The position numbers were made by a program, and so were the translations under genes. The notes under the pieces were generated by a model that was given only the letters and a program-made list of their open reading frames with translations, was not told the DNA's origin and did no database searches. Shown here piece by piece: positions 63,636 through 64,000 of a DNA stretch of 64,000 nt (position 1 is the stretch's first letter; the number at the start of each line of letters is the position of its first letter). Source of the stretch: Myxococcales bacterium (GTDB taxonomy: Bacteria; Myxococcota_A; Polyangia; Polyangiales; DASUME01); contig JASGJH010000001.1 in the NCBI GenBank assembly GCA_047601445.1, positions 3,744,001-3,808,000 of the forward strand, in the 5' to 3' direction.

Positions 63636-64000
63636 ATGAAGCGGCATGCGTGGTTGGGCCTGGGGCTGGGTCTGTGTGTTGGTTTGACGGCTTGCGGCGG
63701 ATCGGACAGCGACGAAGCGGCGCCCGAGAGCGACGCGGGCGTCCCCGACTATACGAACGCCATCAAGCAGCTGCGTGACGACATCAACGGCCTGGGCCAG
63801 ATGTCAGGCGGGCTGGACGGCCGCCTCGACGTGCTCGAGACCCCGAAGACCCCTGGGTCCTGCAGCAAGGGAGAGCTCTGCATCCCGGACGGCGTCAATC
63901 TCGTCGAGGCCGGTCTGCAGCCCCTGGTCGCCGCGCTCTGCGCCTACGAGACCGGCTGCTGCAACCCGGGCGAGCTGAACTACCTGTACGGCCCGGCAGT
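63636..64000 (+). CDS. Cys-rich lipoprotein (3' truncated by window edge; absent from the ORF track)
   Basis: MKRHAWLGLGLGLCVGLTACGGSDSD... open to the end of the window; LTAC lipobox. Confidence 0.8.
   Translation, partial: MKRHAWLGLGLGLCVGLTACGGSDSDEAAPESDAGVPDYTNAIKQLRDDINGLGQMSGGLDGRLDVLETPKTPGSCSKGELCIPDGVNLVEAGLQPLVAALCAYETGCCNPGELNYLYGPA

Overview
High-GC, gene-dense bacterial chromosome segment. Its gene content points to a myxobacterium (Polyangia/Sandaracinaceae-like, by inference): many lipoproteins, a VWA lipoprotein, a Ser/Thr kinase, TPR and FGE-family genes, a poly-HAMP hybrid kinase, a sterol reductase and a pentameric ligand-gated channel. About 60 CDS are supported. I found no rRNA, tRNA, CRISPR array, transposase or integrase. 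The most notable signals are: (1) a ~250-bp structured element present twice at 53495-54319, one copy just after the stop codon of each of two convergent genes, with covarying terminal stems, wobble-preserving substitutions and a degenerate periodic spacer between the copies; (2) a histone-H1-like basic gene followed directly by a polyacidic ORF, either an H1/prothymosin-like pair or one frameshifted protein; (3) a lipoprotein GH31 enzyme that keeps the sulfoquinovosidase residues; (4) candidate operators for the MocR, AraC and LysR regulators, plus a sigma54 promoter; (5) a candidate three-way-junction RNA leader. Frameshifts in the kinase and hemerythrin genes may be assembly errors. Family assignments come from motif recognition, not database searches.
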